64,000 nt of DNA from the human T2T-CHM13v2.0 reference genome, Homo sapiens, in the NCBI RefSeq assembly GCF_009914755.1, contig NC_060948.1. One strand, 5' to 3'. The notes below the pieces were generated by a model. The model saw only the letters and a list, made by a program, of their open reading frames with translations. It did no database searches and was not told the DNA's origin. Shown piece by piece: positions 43,362 through 62,709 of the stretch. Both the position numbers and the translations under genes were made by a program. The stretch's first letter is position 1, and the number at the start of each line of letters is the position of its first letter.

Positions 43362-45489
43362 AGATCCATATTTTTTAAATGAAAAAAAATTTCAAAGGTA
43401 CTCTGCTTGGTACAATAATCAAATGTATAAACTGAGGAATAAAACATAACCATGAAAACTACTTATAACTACATATGGAAAATACAGAAGATAATTTTTT
43501 AAATAACATATTTTGAAAGCCTTAACTAGTAATTTGAAGAGTTGGCATTTGTAAGGCCAGTATGAATATACCTTCAAAGCAGCAACACAGGTTCCCCATG
43601 AGGAAAAGCAAACTCAGGGAAAATAAAACCACAAAGGTTCAATCTCTTCTGACCTTTGAAAGACACAGCACAGACAGTGGTCCTTAGGACGAAGAGCAGG
43701 AGACCCCTAATTCCGTCACCATGGCGATAGGGCATAAACATTGCTGGGTGAGGGCACAATCCACATTGTGAGGTCCAACTGCTGCCAGGAAGACAGGAGT
43801 GCTTTTACATAGACCGAAAGGTCATTGAAGGCTCAGAGTTTTGTTTCAAGAACTGAATCCCAAGCCCACACGTTATTAGGCTGCGCTTCTTAAAACAAGT
43901 TATGAGATGGGAAAAAGGGCACCCACAAACATACGTATACATTATGTATATAATAATATACAGTATCATATATAAAATATGTATAACCTATGTATAATAT
44001 TGTTTTACATCCTGCATCTTATATTATATATATTGTATAAAATATAATAATTGATAATATATAAGATTTATATTTATACAATATGACATATAGTATATAT
44101 TATAATTTATGACATATATAATATATGTTACATATCATATATAGAATATATTATACGGTTAATATACGTATTAAATATAAATTATACATTATATATATTA
44201 TATAAAATATATCTTTTATATATAATACCCATTATGCATAATATATATATTATGTCTATGTTATATATAGTTTAAAACAACATATAATAATATATAATTG
44301 TATATATAAAATGCGACATATAATATATATTATATTTTATGACATATGTAATATATATTATATATTATATATAATACGTTGTATGTATAATACCTATATT
44401 AAATATATATTATATGACTATGTTATTAATTACATGTCACATATGTTATATATTATATATTTTACATAGAATATACCGGTTACATACAATATATACTATG
44501 TTACCTATAATGTATAATTGATTACATGTAAAATAAAGAATGCAATATATTATGTATAATTTATAATATACAATATGTGGAATGTGATATATATAACATA
44601 TAATATATGATATATGATATACAGTATATGATATATAACATACAATATATGATACCTAATATATATGGTATACAATATATATTTTATGATATGTATTCTA
44701 TATGTTTTATATTCTGTTATATATAACTATTTGAAATTATATATAACTGTATAATCTTTTATGTAAATATGTAATATAATATATATAACTATATAATATA
44801 TTATATATAACTATATATTATGTTATATATACTTTTATAACATAATTTACATAAAATGTCATAATATAATATATATTATATTATTTCACATTACATAATA
44901 TATATTACATATCACGCAATATAAGTAACATACATAATATTATAATATAGATTATATTTTGTTATATTAAATATCATATATATCATGTATCATATATTCT
45001 ATAATATATATTACACATTATATAATATGTATGTTGTCTATTTTGTGATATATAAAACTATATATATAATTATATTATTATACATATAACTAGGTAAACA
45101 TGTAATTCTACATATTTTCATTTGTAATATATAGAATTATATAATCATATATAATTATTTATATTCTATAAAAAATTATATCTTTATATAAATTATAATA
45201 TAAAAAAATTATAATATGTACTACAAATATATATATTATATATCATATATGATATAGTACCTTTGTTATATATCATAATACATATAAATGTGTATTATGT
45301 TATCTATAATTATATAATTTCATATATAAGATGTATAATATGTATTATATATTGTATATGTTATGTAATATATATAGTATATATAAGCTGACACAGGATA
45401 AATATTATATACTATGACATATAAAATATATGAGGTTATATGTTACATATAAGGCATAGCACATAACATGTAATATATATCATATATAA

Positions 45490-45781
45490 TTTTTTTTTAG
45501 ACAGAATCTTGTCGTGCTGCACAGGGTGAAGTACAATGGCGCCATCTTTGCTCACTGCAACATCTGCCTCACGGGTCCAAGCGATTGTCCTCCCTCAACC
45601 TCTCAGGTAGCTGGGACTACACCACACTGGGACTACACCAGCTGCCACCATGCCTAGCTAATTTTTTGGATTTTAAGTAGTGACAGCGTTTCACTGTATT
45701 GGCCAGGATGGTCTTGATCTCTTCACCTTGTGATCCCCTTGCCTTGGCCTCCAAATTTGCTGGGATTACAGGCCTGAGCCA
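45490..45781 (-). mobile_element. Alu fragment of DYZ2 unit (subfamily B variant)
   Basis: Same Alu, variants ggtgaagt, caacctctcagg. Confidence 0.93.
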
Positions 45782-47907
45782 AGATCCATATTTTTTAAAT
45801 GAAAAAAAATTTCAAAGGTACTCTGCTTGGTACAATAATCAAATGTATAAACTGAGGAATAAAACATAACCATGAAACCTACTTATAACTGCATATGGAA
45901 AATACAGAGGATAATTTTTTAAATAACATATTTTGAAAGCCTTAACTAGTAATTTGAAGAGTTGGCATTTGAAAGGCCAGTATGAATATACCTTCAAAGC
46001 AGCAACACAGGTTCCCCATGAGAAACAGCAAACTCAGGGAAAATAAAACCACAAAGGTTCAAGCTCTTCTGACCTTTGAAAGACACAGCACAGACAGTGG
46101 TCCTTAGGACGAAGAGCAGGAGACCCCTAATTCCGTCACCATGGCGATAGGGCATAAACATTGCTGGGTGAGGGCACAATCCACATTGTGAGGTCCAACT
46201 GCTGCCAGGAAGACAGGAGTGCTTTTACATAGACCGAAAGGTCATTGAAGGCTCAGAGTTTTGTTTCAAGAACTGAATCCCAAGCCCACACGTTATTAGG
46301 CTGCGCTTCTTAAAACAAGTTATGAGATGGGAAAAAGGGCACCCACAAACATACGTATACATTATGTATATAATAATATACAGTATCATATATATAATAT
46401 ATATAACCTATGTATAATATTGTTTTACATCCTGCATCTTATATTATATATATTGTCTAAAATATAATAATTGATAATATATAAGTTTTATATTTATACA
46501 ATATGACATATAGTATATATTATAATTTATGACATATATAATATATGTTATATATCATATATAGAATATATTATACGGTTAATATACGTATTAAATATAA
46601 ATTATACATTATATATATTATATATAATATATCTGTTATATATAATACCCATTATGCATAATATGTATATTATGTCTATGTTATATATAGTATAAAACAA
46701 CATATAATAATATATAATTGTATATATAAAATGCGACATATAATATATATTATATTTTATGACATATGTAATATATATTCTATATTATATATAATACGTT
46801 GTATGTATAATACCTATATTAAATATATATTATATGACTATGTTATTAATTACATGTCACATGTGTTATATATTATATATTTTACATAGAATATACCGGT
46901 TACATACAATATATACTATGTTACCTATAATGTATAATTGATTACATGTAAAACAAAGAATGCAATATATTATGTATAATTTATAATATACAATATGTGG
47001 AATGTGATATATATAACATATAATATATGATATATGATATACAGTATATGATATATAACATACAATATATGATACCTAGTATATATGGTATACAATATAT
47101 ATTTTATGATATGTATTCTATATGTTTTATATTCTGTTATATATAACTATTTGAAATTATATATAACTGTATAATATTTTATGTAAATATGTAATATAAT
47201 ATATATAACTATATAATATATTATATATAACTATATATTATGTTATATATACTTTTATATCATAATTTACATAAAATGTCATAATATAATATATATTATA
47301 TTATTTCATATTACATAATATATATTACATATCACCCAATATAAGTAACATACATAATATTATAATATAGATTATATTATGTTATGTTAAATATCATATA
47401 TATCATGTATCATATATTCTATAATATATATTATACATTATATAATATGTATGTAGTCTATTATGTGATATATATAACTATATATTATTATATTATTATA
47501 CATATAACTAGATAAACATGTAATTCTACATATTTTCATTTATAATATATAGAATTATATAATCATATATAATTATTTATATTCTATAAAAAATTATATC
47601 ATTATATAAATTATAATATAAAAAAATTATAATATGTACTACAAATATATATATTATATATCATATATGATATAGTACCTTTGTTATATATCATAATACA
47701 TATAAATGTGTATTATGTTATCTATAATTATATAATTTCATATATAAGATGTATAATATGTATTATATATTGTATATGTTATGTAATATATATAGTATAT
47801 ATAAGCAGACACAGGATAAATATTATATACTATGACATATAAAATATATGAGGTTATATGTTACATATAAGGCATAGCACATAACATGTAATATATATCA
47901 TATATAA

Positions 47908-48199
47908 TTTTTTTTTAGACAGAGTCTTGTCGTGTTGCACAGGGTGAAGTACAATGGCGCCATCTTTGCTCACTGCAACATCTGCCTCACGGGTCCAAGC
48001 GATTGTCCTCCCTCAACCTCTCAGGTAGCTGGGAGTACACCACACTGGGACTACACCAGCTGCCACCATGCCTAGCTAATTTTTTGGATTTTTAGTAGTG
48101 ACAGCGTTTCACTGTATTGGCCAGGATGGTCTTGATCTCTTCACCTTGTGATCCCCTTGCCTTGGCCTCCAAATTTGCTGGGATTACAGGCCTGAGCCA
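47908..48199 (-). mobile_element. Alu fragment of DYZ2 unit (subfamily B variant)
   Basis: Same Alu, B variants. Confidence 0.93.
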
Positions 48200-50324
48200 A
48201 GATCCATATTTTTTAAATGAAAAAAAATTTCAAAGGTACTCTGCTTGGTACAATAATCAAATGTATAAACTGAGGAATAAAACATAACCATGAAACCTAC
48301 TTATAACTGCATATGGAAAATACAGAGGATAATTTTTTAAATAACATATTTTGAAAGCCTTAACTAGTAATTTGAAGAGTTGGCATTTGAAAGGCCAGTA
48401 TGAATATACCTTCAAAGCAGCAACACAGGTTCCCCATGAGAAACAGCAAACTCAGGGAAAATAAAACCACAAAGGTTCAAGCTCTTCTGACCTTTGAAAG
48501 ACACAGCACAGACAGTGGTCCTTAGGACGAAGAGCAGGAGACCCCTAATTCCGTCACCATGGCGATAGGGCATAAACATTGCTGGGTGAGGGCACAATCC
48601 ACATTGTGAGGTCCAACTGCTGCCAGGAAGACAGGAGTGCTTTTACATAGACCGAAAGGTCATTGAAGGCTCAGAGTTTTGTTTCAAGAACTGAATCCCA
48701 AGCCCACACGTTATTAGGCTGCGCTTCTTAAAACAAGTTATGAGATGGGAAAAAGGGCACCCACAAACATACGTATACATTATGTATATAATAATATACA
48801 GTATCATATATATAATATATATAACCTATGTATAATATTGTTTTACATCCTGCATCTTATATTATATATATTGTCTAAAATATAATAATTGATAATATAT
48901 AAGTTTTATATTTATACAATATGACATATAGTATATATTATAATTTATGACATATATAATATATGTTATATATCATATATAGAATATATTATACGGTTAA
49001 TATACGTATTAAATATAAATTATACATTATATATATTATATATAATATATCTGTTATATATAAGACCCATTATGCATAATATGTATATTATGTCTATGTT
49101 ATATATAGTATAAAACAACATATAATAATATATAATTGTATATATAAAATGCGACATATAATATATATTATATTTTATGACATATGTAATATATATTCTA
49201 TATTATATATAATACGTTGTATGTATAATACCTATATTAAATATATATTATATGACTATGTTATTAATTACATGTCACATGTGTTATATATTATATATTT
49301 TACATAGAATATACCGGTTACATACAATATATACTATGTTACCTATAATGTATAATTGATTACATGTAAAATAAAGAATGCAATATATTATGTATAATTT
49401 ATAATATACAATATGTGGTATGTGATATATATAACATATAATATATGATATATGATATACAGTATATGATATATAACATACAATATATGATACCTAGTAT
49501 ATATGGTATACAATATATATTTTATGATTTGTATTCTATATATTTTATATTCTGTTGTATATAACTATTTGAAATTATATATAACTGTATAATATTTTAT
49601 GTAAATATGTAATATAATATATATAACTATATAATATATTATATATAACTATATATTATGTTATATATACTTTTATATCATAATTTACATAAAATGTAAT
49701 AATATAATATAATTATATTATTTCATATTACATAATATATATTACATATCACCCAATATAAGTAACATACATAATATTATAATATAGATTATATTATGTT
49801 ATGTTAAATATCATATATATCATGTATCATATATTCTATAATATATATTATACATTATATAATATGTATGTTGTCTATTATGTGATATATATAACTATAT
49901 ATTATTATATTATTATACATATAACTAGATAAACATGTAATTCTACATATTTTCATTTATAATATATAGAATTATATAATCATATATAATTATTTATATT
50001 CTATAAAAAATTATATCATTATATAAATTATAATATAAAAAATTTATAATATGTACTACAAATATATATATTATATATCATATATGATATAGTACCTTTG
50101 TTATATATCATAATACATATAAATGTGTATTATGTTATCTATAATTATATAATTTCATATATAAGATGTATAATATGTATTATATATTGTATATGTTATG
50201 TAATATATATAGTATATATAAGCAGACACAGGATAAATATTATATACTATGACATATAAAATATATGAGGTTATATGTTACATATAAGGCATAGCACATA
50301 ACATGTAATATATATCATATATAA

Positions 50325-50616
50325 TTTTTTTTTAGACAGAGTCTTGTCGTGTTGCACAGGGTGAAGTACAATGGCGCCATCTTTGCTCACTGCAACATCT
50401 GCCTCACGGGTCCAAGCGATTGTCCTCCCTCAACCTCTCAGGTAGCTGGGAGTACACCACACTGGGACTACACCAGCTGCCACCATGCCTAGCTAATTTT
50501 TTGGATTTTTAGTAGTGACAGCGTTTCACTGTATTGGCCAGGATGGTCTTGATCTCTTCACCTTGTGATCCCCTTGCCTTGGCCTCCAAATTTGCTGGGA
50601 TTACAGGCCTGAGCCA
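50325..50616 (-). mobile_element. Alu fragment of DYZ2 unit (subfamily B variant)
   Basis: Same Alu, B variants. Confidence 0.93.
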
Positions 50617-52708
50617 AGATCCATATTTTTTAAATGAAAAAAAATTTCAAAGGTACTCTGCTTGGTACAATAATCAAATGTATAAACTGAGGAATAAAAC
50701 ATAACCATGAAACCTACTTATAACTGCATATGGAAAATACAGAGGATAATTTTTTAAATAACATATTTTGAAAGCCTTAACTAGTAATTTGAAGAGTTGG
50801 CATTTGAAAGGCCAGTATGAATATACCTTCAAAGCAGCAACACAGGTTCCCCATGAGAAACAGCAAACTCAGGGAAAATAAAACCACAAAGGTTCAAGCT
50901 CTTCTGACCTTTGAAAGACACAGCACAGACAGTGGTCCTTAGGACGAAGAGCAGGAGACCCCTAATTCCGTCACCATGGCGATAGGGCATAAACATTGCT
51001 GGGTGAGGGCACAATCCACATTGTGAGGTCCAACTGCTGCCAGGAAGACAGGAGTGCTTTTACATAGACCGAAAGGTCATTGAAGGCTCAGAGTTTTGTT
51101 TCAAGAACTGAATCCCAAGCCCACACGTTATTAGGCTGCGCTTCTTAAAACAAGTTATGAGATGGGAAAAAGGGCACCCACAAACATACGTATACATTAT
51201 GTATATAATAATATACAGTATCATATATATAATATATATAACCTATGTATAATATTGTTTTACATCCTGCATCTTATATTATATATATTGTCTAAAATAT
51301 AATAATTGATAATATATAAGTTTTATATTTATACAATATGACATATAGTATATATTATAATTTATGACATATATAATATATGTTATATATCATATATAGA
51401 ATATATTATACGGTTAATATACGTATTAAATATAAATTATACATTATATATATTATATATAATATATCTGTTATATATAAGACCCATTATGCATAATATG
51501 TATATTATGTCTATGTTATATATAGTATAAAACAACATATAATAATATATAATTGTATATATAAAATGCGACATATAATATATATTATATTTTATGACAT
51601 ATGTAATATATATTCTATATTATATATAATACGTTGTATGTATAATACCTATATTAAATATATATTATATGACTATGTTATTAATTACATGTCACATGTG
51701 TTATATATTATATATTTTACATAGAATATACCGGTTACATACAATATATACTATGTTACCTATAATGTATAATTGATTACATGTAAAATAAAGAATGCAA
51801 TATATTATGTATAATTTATAATATACAATATGTGGTATGTGATATATATAACATATAATATATGATATATGATATACAGTATATGATATATAACATACAA
51901 TATATGATACCTAGTATATATGGTATACAATATATATTTTATGATTTGTATTCTATATGTTTTATATTCTGTTGTATATAACTATTTGAAATTATATATA
52001 ACTGTATAATATTTTATGTAAATATGTAATATAATATATATAACTATATAATATATTATATATAACTATATATTATGTTATATATACTTTTATATCATAA
52101 TTTACATAAAATGTAATAATATAATATAATTATATTATTTCATATTACATAATATATATTACATATCACCCAATATAAGTAACATACATAATATTATAAT
52201 ATAGATTATATTATGTTATGTTAAATATCATATATATCATGTATCATATATTCTATAATATATATTATACATTATATAATATGTATGTTGTCTATTATGT
52301 GATATATATAACTATATATTATTATATTATTATACATATAACTAGATAAACATGTAATTCTACATATTTTCATTTATAATATATAGAATTATATAATCAT
52401 ATATAATTATTTATATTCTATAAAAAATTATATCATTATATAAATTATAATATAAAAAATTTATAATATGTACTACAAATATATATATTATATATCATAT
52501 ATGATATAGTACCTTTGTTATATATCATAATACATATAAATGTGTATTATGTTATCTATAATTATATAATTTCATATATAAGATGTATAATATGTATTAT
52601 ATATTGTATATGTTATGTAATATATATAGTATATATAAGCTGACACAGGATAAATATATACTATGACATATAAAATATATGAGGTTATATGTTACATATA
52701 AGGCATAG

Positions 52709-53029
<321 letters not shown>

Positions 53030-55157
53030 AGATCCATATTTTTTAAATGAAAAAAAATTTCAAAGGTACTCTGCTTGGTACAATAATCAAATGTATAAAC
53101 TGAGGAATAAAACATAACCATGAAACCTACTTATAACTGCATATGGAAAATACAGAGGATAATTTTTTAAATAACATATTTTGAAAGCCTTAACTAGTAA
53201 TTTGAAGAGTTGGCATTTGAAAGGCCAGTATGAATATACCTTCAAAGCAGCAACACAGGTTCCCCATGAGAAAAAGCAAACTCAGGGAAAATAAAACCAC
53301 AAAGATTCAATCTCTTCTGACCTTTGAAAGACACAGCACAGACAGTGGTCCTTAGGACGAAGAGCAGGAGACCCCTAATTCCGTCACCATGGCGATAGGG
53401 CATAAACATTGCTGGGTGAGGGCACAATCCACATTGTGAGGTCCAACTGCTGCCAGGAAGACAGGAGTGCTTTTACATAGACCGAAAGGTCATTGAAGGC
53501 TCAGAGTTTTGTTTCAAGAACTGAATCCCAAGCCCACACGTTATTAGGCTGCGCTTCTTAAAACAAGTTATGAGATGGGAAAAAGGGCACCCACAAACAT
53601 ACGTATACATTATGTATATAATAATATACAGTATCATATATAAAATATGTATAACCTATGTATAATATTGTTTTACATCCTGCATCTTATATTATATATA
53701 TTGTATAAAATATAATAATTGATAATATATAAGTTTTATATTTATACAATATGACATATAGTATATATTATAATTTATGACATATATAATATATGTTATA
53801 TATCATATATAGAATATATTATACGGTTAATATACGTATTAAATATAAATTATACATTATATATATTATATAAAATATATCTGTTATATATAATACCCAT
53901 TATGCATAATATATATATTATGTCTATGTTATATATAGTATAAAACAACATATAATAATATATAATTGTATATATAAAATGCGTCATATAATATATATTA
54001 TATTTTATGACATATGTACTATATATTATATATTATATATAATACTTTGTATGTATAATACCTATATTAAATATATATTATATGACTATGTTATTAATTA
54101 CATGTCACATATGTTATATATTATATATTTTACATAGAATATACCGGTTACATACAATATATACTATGTTACCTATAATGTATAATTGATTACATGTAAA
54201 ATAAAGAATGCAATATATTATGTATAATTTATAATATACAATATGTGGAATGTGATATATATAACATATAATATATGATATATGATATACAGTATATGAT
54301 ATATAACATACAATATATGATACCTAATATATATGGTATACAATATATATTTTATGATATGTATTCTATATGTTTCATATTCTGTTATATATAACTATTT
54401 GAAATTATATATAACAGTATAATATTTTATGTAAATATGTAATATAATATATATAACTATATAATATATTATATATAACTATATATTATGTTATATATAC
54501 TTTTATAACATAATTTACATAAAATGTCATAATATAATATATATTATATTATTTCACATTACATAATATATATTACATATCACCCAATATAAGTAACATA
54601 CATAATATTATAATATAGATTATATTATGTTATATTAAATATCATATATATCATGTATCATATATTCTATAATATATATTACACATTATATAATATGTAT
54701 GTTGTCTATTTTGTGATATATAAAACTATATATATAATTATATTATTATACATATAACTAGATAAACATGTAATTCTACATATTTTCATTTGTAATATAT
54801 AGAATTATATAATCATATATAATTATTTATATTCTATAAAAAATTATATCATTATATAAATTATAATATAAAAAAATTATAATATGTACTACAAATATAC
54901 ATATTATATATCATATATGATATAGTACCTTTGTTATATATCATAATACATATAAATGTGTATTATGATATCTATAATTATATAATTTCATATATAAGAT
55001 GTATAATATGTATTATATATTGTCTATGTTATGTAATATATATAGTATATGTAAGCTGACACAGGATAAATATTATATACTATGACATATAAAATATATG
55101 AGGTTATATGTTACATATAAGGCATAGCAAATAACATGTAATATATATCATATATAA

Positions 55158-55449
<292 letters not shown>

Positions 55450-57577
55450 AGATCCATATTTTTTAAATGAAAAAAAATTTCAAAGGTACTCTGCTTGGTA
55501 CAATAATCAAATGTATAAACTGAGGAATAAAACATAACCATGAAACCTACTTATAACTGCATATGGAAAATACAGAGGATAATTTTTTAAATAACATATT
55601 TTGAAAGCCTTAACTAGTAATTTGAAGAGCTGGCATTTGAAAGGCCAGTATGAATATACCTTCAAAGCAGCAACACAGGTTCCCCAAGAGAAAAAGCAAA
55701 CACAGGGAAAATAAAAACACAAAGGTTCAATCTCTTCTGACCTTTGAAAGACACAGCACAGACAGTGGTCCTTAGGACGAAGAGCAGGAGACCCCTAATT
55801 CCGTCACCATGGCGATAGGGCATAAACATTGCTGGGTGAGGGCACAATCCACATTGTGAGGTCCAACTGCTGCCAGGAAGACAGGAGTGCTTTTACATAG
55901 ACCGAAAGGTCATTGAAGGCTCAGAGTTTTGTTTCAAGAACTGAATCCCAAGCCCACACGTTATTAGGCTGCGCTTCTTAAAACAAGTTATGAGATGGGA
56001 AAAAGGGCACCCACAAACATACGTATACATTATGTATATAATAATATACAGTATCATATATAAAATATGTATAACCTATGTATAATATTGTTTTACATCC
56101 TGCATCTTATATTATATATATTGTATAAAATATAATAATTGATAATATATAAGTTTTATATTTATACAATATGACATATAGTATATATTATAATTTATGA
56201 CATATATAATATATGTTATATATCATATATAGAATATATTATACGGTTAATATACGTATTAAATATAAATTATACATTATATATATTATATAAAATATAT
56301 CTGTTATATATAATACCCATTATGCATAATATATATATTATGTCTATGTTATATATAGTATAAAACAACATATAATAATATATAATTGTATATATAAAAT
56401 GCGTCATATAATATATATTATATTTTATGACATATGTACTATATATTATATATTATATATAATACTTTGTATGTATAATACCTATATTAAATATATATTA
56501 TATGACTATGTTATTAATTACATGTCACATATGTTATATATTATATATTTTACATAGAATATACCGGTTACATACAATATATACTATGTTACCTATAATG
56601 TATAATTGATTACATGTAAAATAAAGAATGCAATATATTATGTATAATTTATAATATACAATATGTGGAATGTGATATATATAACATATAATATTTGATA
56701 TATGATATACAGTATATGATATATAACATACAATATATGATACCTAATATATATGGTATACAATATATATTTTATGATATGTATTCTATATGTTTCATAT
56801 TCTGTTATATATAACTATTTGAAATTATATATAACAGTATAATATTTTATGTAAATATGTAATATAATATATATAACTATATAATATATTATATATAACT
56901 ATATATTATGTTATATATACTTTTATAACATAATTTACATAAAATGTCATAATATAATATATATTATATTATTTCACATTACATAATATATATTACATAT
57001 CACCCAATATAAGTAACATACATAATATTATAATATAGATTATATTATGTTATATTAAATATCATATATATCATGTATCATATATTCTGTAATATATATT
57101 ACACATTATATAATATGTATGTTGTCTATTTTGTGATATATAAAACTATATATATAATTATATTATTATACATATAACTAGATAAACATGTAATTCTACA
57201 TATTTTCATTTGTAATATATAGAATTATATAATCATATATAATTATTTATATTCTATAAAAAATTATATCATTATATAAATTATAATATAAAAAAATTAT
57301 AATATGTACTACAAATATACATATTATATATCATATATGATATAGTACCTTTGTTATATATCATAATACATATAAATGTGTATTATGATATCTATAATTA
57401 TATAATTTCATATATAAGATGTATAATATGTATTATATATTGTCTATGTTATGTAATATATATAGTATATGTAAGCTGACACAGGATAAATATTATATAC
57501 TATGACATATAAAATATATGAGGTTATATGTTACATATAAGGCATAGCAAATAACATGTAATATATATCATATATAA

Positions 57578-57869
<292 letters not shown>

Positions 57870-59974
57870 AGATCCATATTTTTTAAATGAAAAAAAATTT
57901 CAAAGGTACTCTGCTTGGTACAATAATCAAATGTATAAACTGAGGAATAAAACATAACCATGAAACCTACTTATAACTGCATATGGAAAATACAGAGGAT
58001 AATTTTTTAAATAACATATTTTGAAAGCCTTAACTAGTAATTTGAAGAGCTGGCATTTGAAAGGCCAGTATGAATATACCTTCAAAGCAGCAACACAGGT
58101 TCCCCAAGAGAAAAAGCAAACACAGGGAAAATAAAAACACAAAGGTTCAATCTCTTCTGACCTTTGAAAGACACAGCACAGACAGTGGTCCTTAGGACGA
58201 AGAGCAGGAGACCCCTAATTCCGTCACCATGGCGATAGGGCATAAACATTGCTGGGTGAGGGCACAATCCACATTGTGAGGTCCAACTGCTGCCAGGAAG
58301 ACAGGAGTGCTTTTACATAGACCGAAAGGTCATTGAAGGCTCAGAGTTTTGTTTCAAGAACTGAATCCCAAGCCCACACGTTATTAGGCTGCGCTTCTTA
58401 AAACAAGTTATGAGATGGGAAAAAGGGCACCCACAAACATACGTATACATTATGTATATAATAATATACAGTATCATATATATAATATATATAACCTATG
58501 TATAATATTGTTTTAAATCCTGCATCTTATGTTATATATATTGTATAAAATATAATAATTGATAATATATAAGTTTTATATTTATACAATATGACATATA
58601 GTATATATTATAATTTATAACATATATAATATATGTTATATATCATATATAGAATATATTATACGGTTAATATACGTATTAAATATAAATTATACATTAT
58701 ATATATTATATATAATATATCTGTTATATATAATACCCATTATGCATAATATATATATTATGTCTATGTTATATATAGTATAAAACAACATATAATAATA
58801 TATAATTGTATATATAAAATGCGACATATAATATATATTATATTTTATAACATATGTAATATATATTATATATTATATATAATACGTTGTATGTTTAATA
58901 CCTATATTAAATATATATTATATGACTATGTTATTAATTACATGTCACATGTGTTATATATTATATATTTTACATAGAATATACCGGTTACATACAATAT
59001 ATACTATGTTACCTATTATGTATAATTTATTACATGTAAAATAAAGAATGCAATATATTATGTATAATTTATAATATACAATATGTGGAATGAGATATAT
59101 ATAACATATTATATATGATATATGATATACAGTATATGATATATAACATACAATATATGATTCCTAATATATATGGTATACAATATATATTTTATGATAT
59201 GTATTCTATATGTTTTATATTCTGTTATATATAACTATTTGAAATTATATATAACTGTATAATATTTTATGTACATATGTAATATAATATATATAACTAT
59301 ATAATATATTATATATAACTATATATTATGTTATATACACTTTTATAACATAATTTACATAAAATATCATAATATAATATATATTATATTATTTCATATT
59401 ACAAAATATATATTACATATCACCCAATATAACTAACATACATAATATTATAATATAGATTATATTATGTTATATGAAATATCATATATATCATGTATCA
59501 TATATTCTATAATATATATTACACATTATAAAATATGTATGTTGTCTATTATGTGATATATATAACTCTATATATAATTATATTATTATACATATAACTA
59601 GATAAACATGTAATTCTACATATTTTCATTTATAATATGTAGAATTATATAATCATATATAATTATTTATATTCTATAAAAAATTTTATCTTTATATAAA
59701 TTATAATATATAAAAATTATAATATGTACTTCAAATATATATATTATATATCATATATGCTATAGTACCTTTGTTATATATCATAATACATATAAATGTG
59801 TATTATGTTATCTATAATTATATAATTTCATATATAAGTTGTATAATATGTATCATATATTATATATGTTATGTAATATATATAGTATATATAAGATGAC
59901 ACAGGATAAATATTATATACTATGACATATAAAATATATGAGGTTATATGTTACATATAAGGCATAGCACATAA

Positions 59975-60289
<315 letters not shown>

Positions 60290-62394
60290 AGATCCATATT
60301 TTTTAAATGAAAAAAAATTTCAAAGGTACTCTGCTTGGTACAATAATCAAATGTATAAACTGAGGAATAAAACATAACCATGAAACCTACTTATAACTGC
60401 ATATGGAAAATACAGAGGATAATTTTTTAAATAACATATTTTGAAAGCCTTAACTAGTAATTTGAAGAGTTGGCATTTGAAAGGCCAGTATGAATATACC
60501 TTCAAAGCAGCAACACAGGTTCCCCATGAGAAAAAGCAAACACAGGGAAAATAAAAACACAAAGGTTCAATCTCTTCTGACCTTTGAAAGACACAGCACA
60601 GACAGTGGTCCTTAGGACGAAGAGCAGGAGACCCCTAATTCCGTCACCATGGCGATAGGGCATAAACATTGCTGGGTGAGGGCACAATCCACATTGTGAG
60701 GTCCAACTGCTGCCAGGAAGACAGGAGTGCTTTTACATAGACCGAAAGGTCATTGAAGGCTCAGAGTTTTGTTTCAAGAACTGAATCCCAAGCCCACACG
60801 TTATTAGGCTGCGCTTCTTAAAACAAGTTATGAGATGGGAAAAAGGGCACCCACAAACATACGTATACATTATGTATATAATAATATACAGTATCATATA
60901 TATAATATATATAACCTATGTATAATATTGTTTTACATCCTGCATCTTATGTTATATATATTGTATAAAATATAATAATTGATAATATATAAGTTTTATA
61001 TTTATACAATATGACATATAGTATATATTATAATTTATGACATATATAATATATGTTATATATCATATATAGAATATATTATACGGTTAATATACGTATT
61101 AAATATAAATTATACATTATATATATTATATATAATATATCTGTTATATATAATACCCATTATGCATAATATATATATTATGTCTATGTTATATATAGTA
61201 TAAAACCACATATAATAATATATAATTGTATATATAAAATGCGACATATAATATATATTATATTTTATAACATATGTAATATATATTATATATTATATAT
61301 AATACGTTGTATGCATAATACCTATATTAAATATATATTATATGACTATGTTATTAATTACATGTCACATGTGTTATATATTATATATTTTACATAGAAT
61401 ATACCGGTTACATACAATATATACTATGTTACCTATAATGTATAATTGATTACATGTAAAATAAAGAATGCAATATATTATGTATAATTTATAATATACA
61501 ATATGTGGAATGTGATATATATAACATATAATATATGATATATGATATACAGTATATGATATATAACATACAATATATGATTCCTAAAATATATGGTATA
61601 AAATATATATTTTATGATATGTATTCTATATGTTTTATATTCTGTTATATATAACTATTTGAAATTATATATAACTGTATACTATTTTATGTAAATATGT
61701 AATATAATATATATAACTATATAATATATTATATATAACTATATATTATGTTATATATACTTTTATAACATAATTTACATAAAATATCATAACATAATAT
61801 ATACTATATTATTTCATATTACATAATATATATTACATATCACCCAATATAACTAACATACATAATATTATAATATAGATTATATTATGTTATATTAAAT
61901 ATCATATATATCATGTATCATATATTCTATAATATATATTACACATTATATAATATGTATGTTGTCTATTATGTGATATATATAAATCTATATATAATTT
62001 TATTTTTATACATATAACTAGATAAACATGTAATTCTACATATTTTCATTTATAATATGTAGAATTATATAATCATATATAATTATTTATATTCTATAAA
62101 AAATTTTATCATTATATAAATTATAATATATAAAAACTATAATATGTACTACAAATATATATATTATATATCATATATGATATAGTACCTTTGTTATATA
62201 TCATAATACATATAAATGTGTATTATGTTATCTATAATTATATAATTTCATATATAAGATGTATAATATGTATCATATATTATATATGTTATGTAATATA
62301 CATAGTATATATAAGATGACACAGGATAAATATTATATACTATGACATATAAAATATATCAGGTTATATGTTACATATAAGGCATAGCACATAA

Positions 62395-62709
<315 letters not shown>

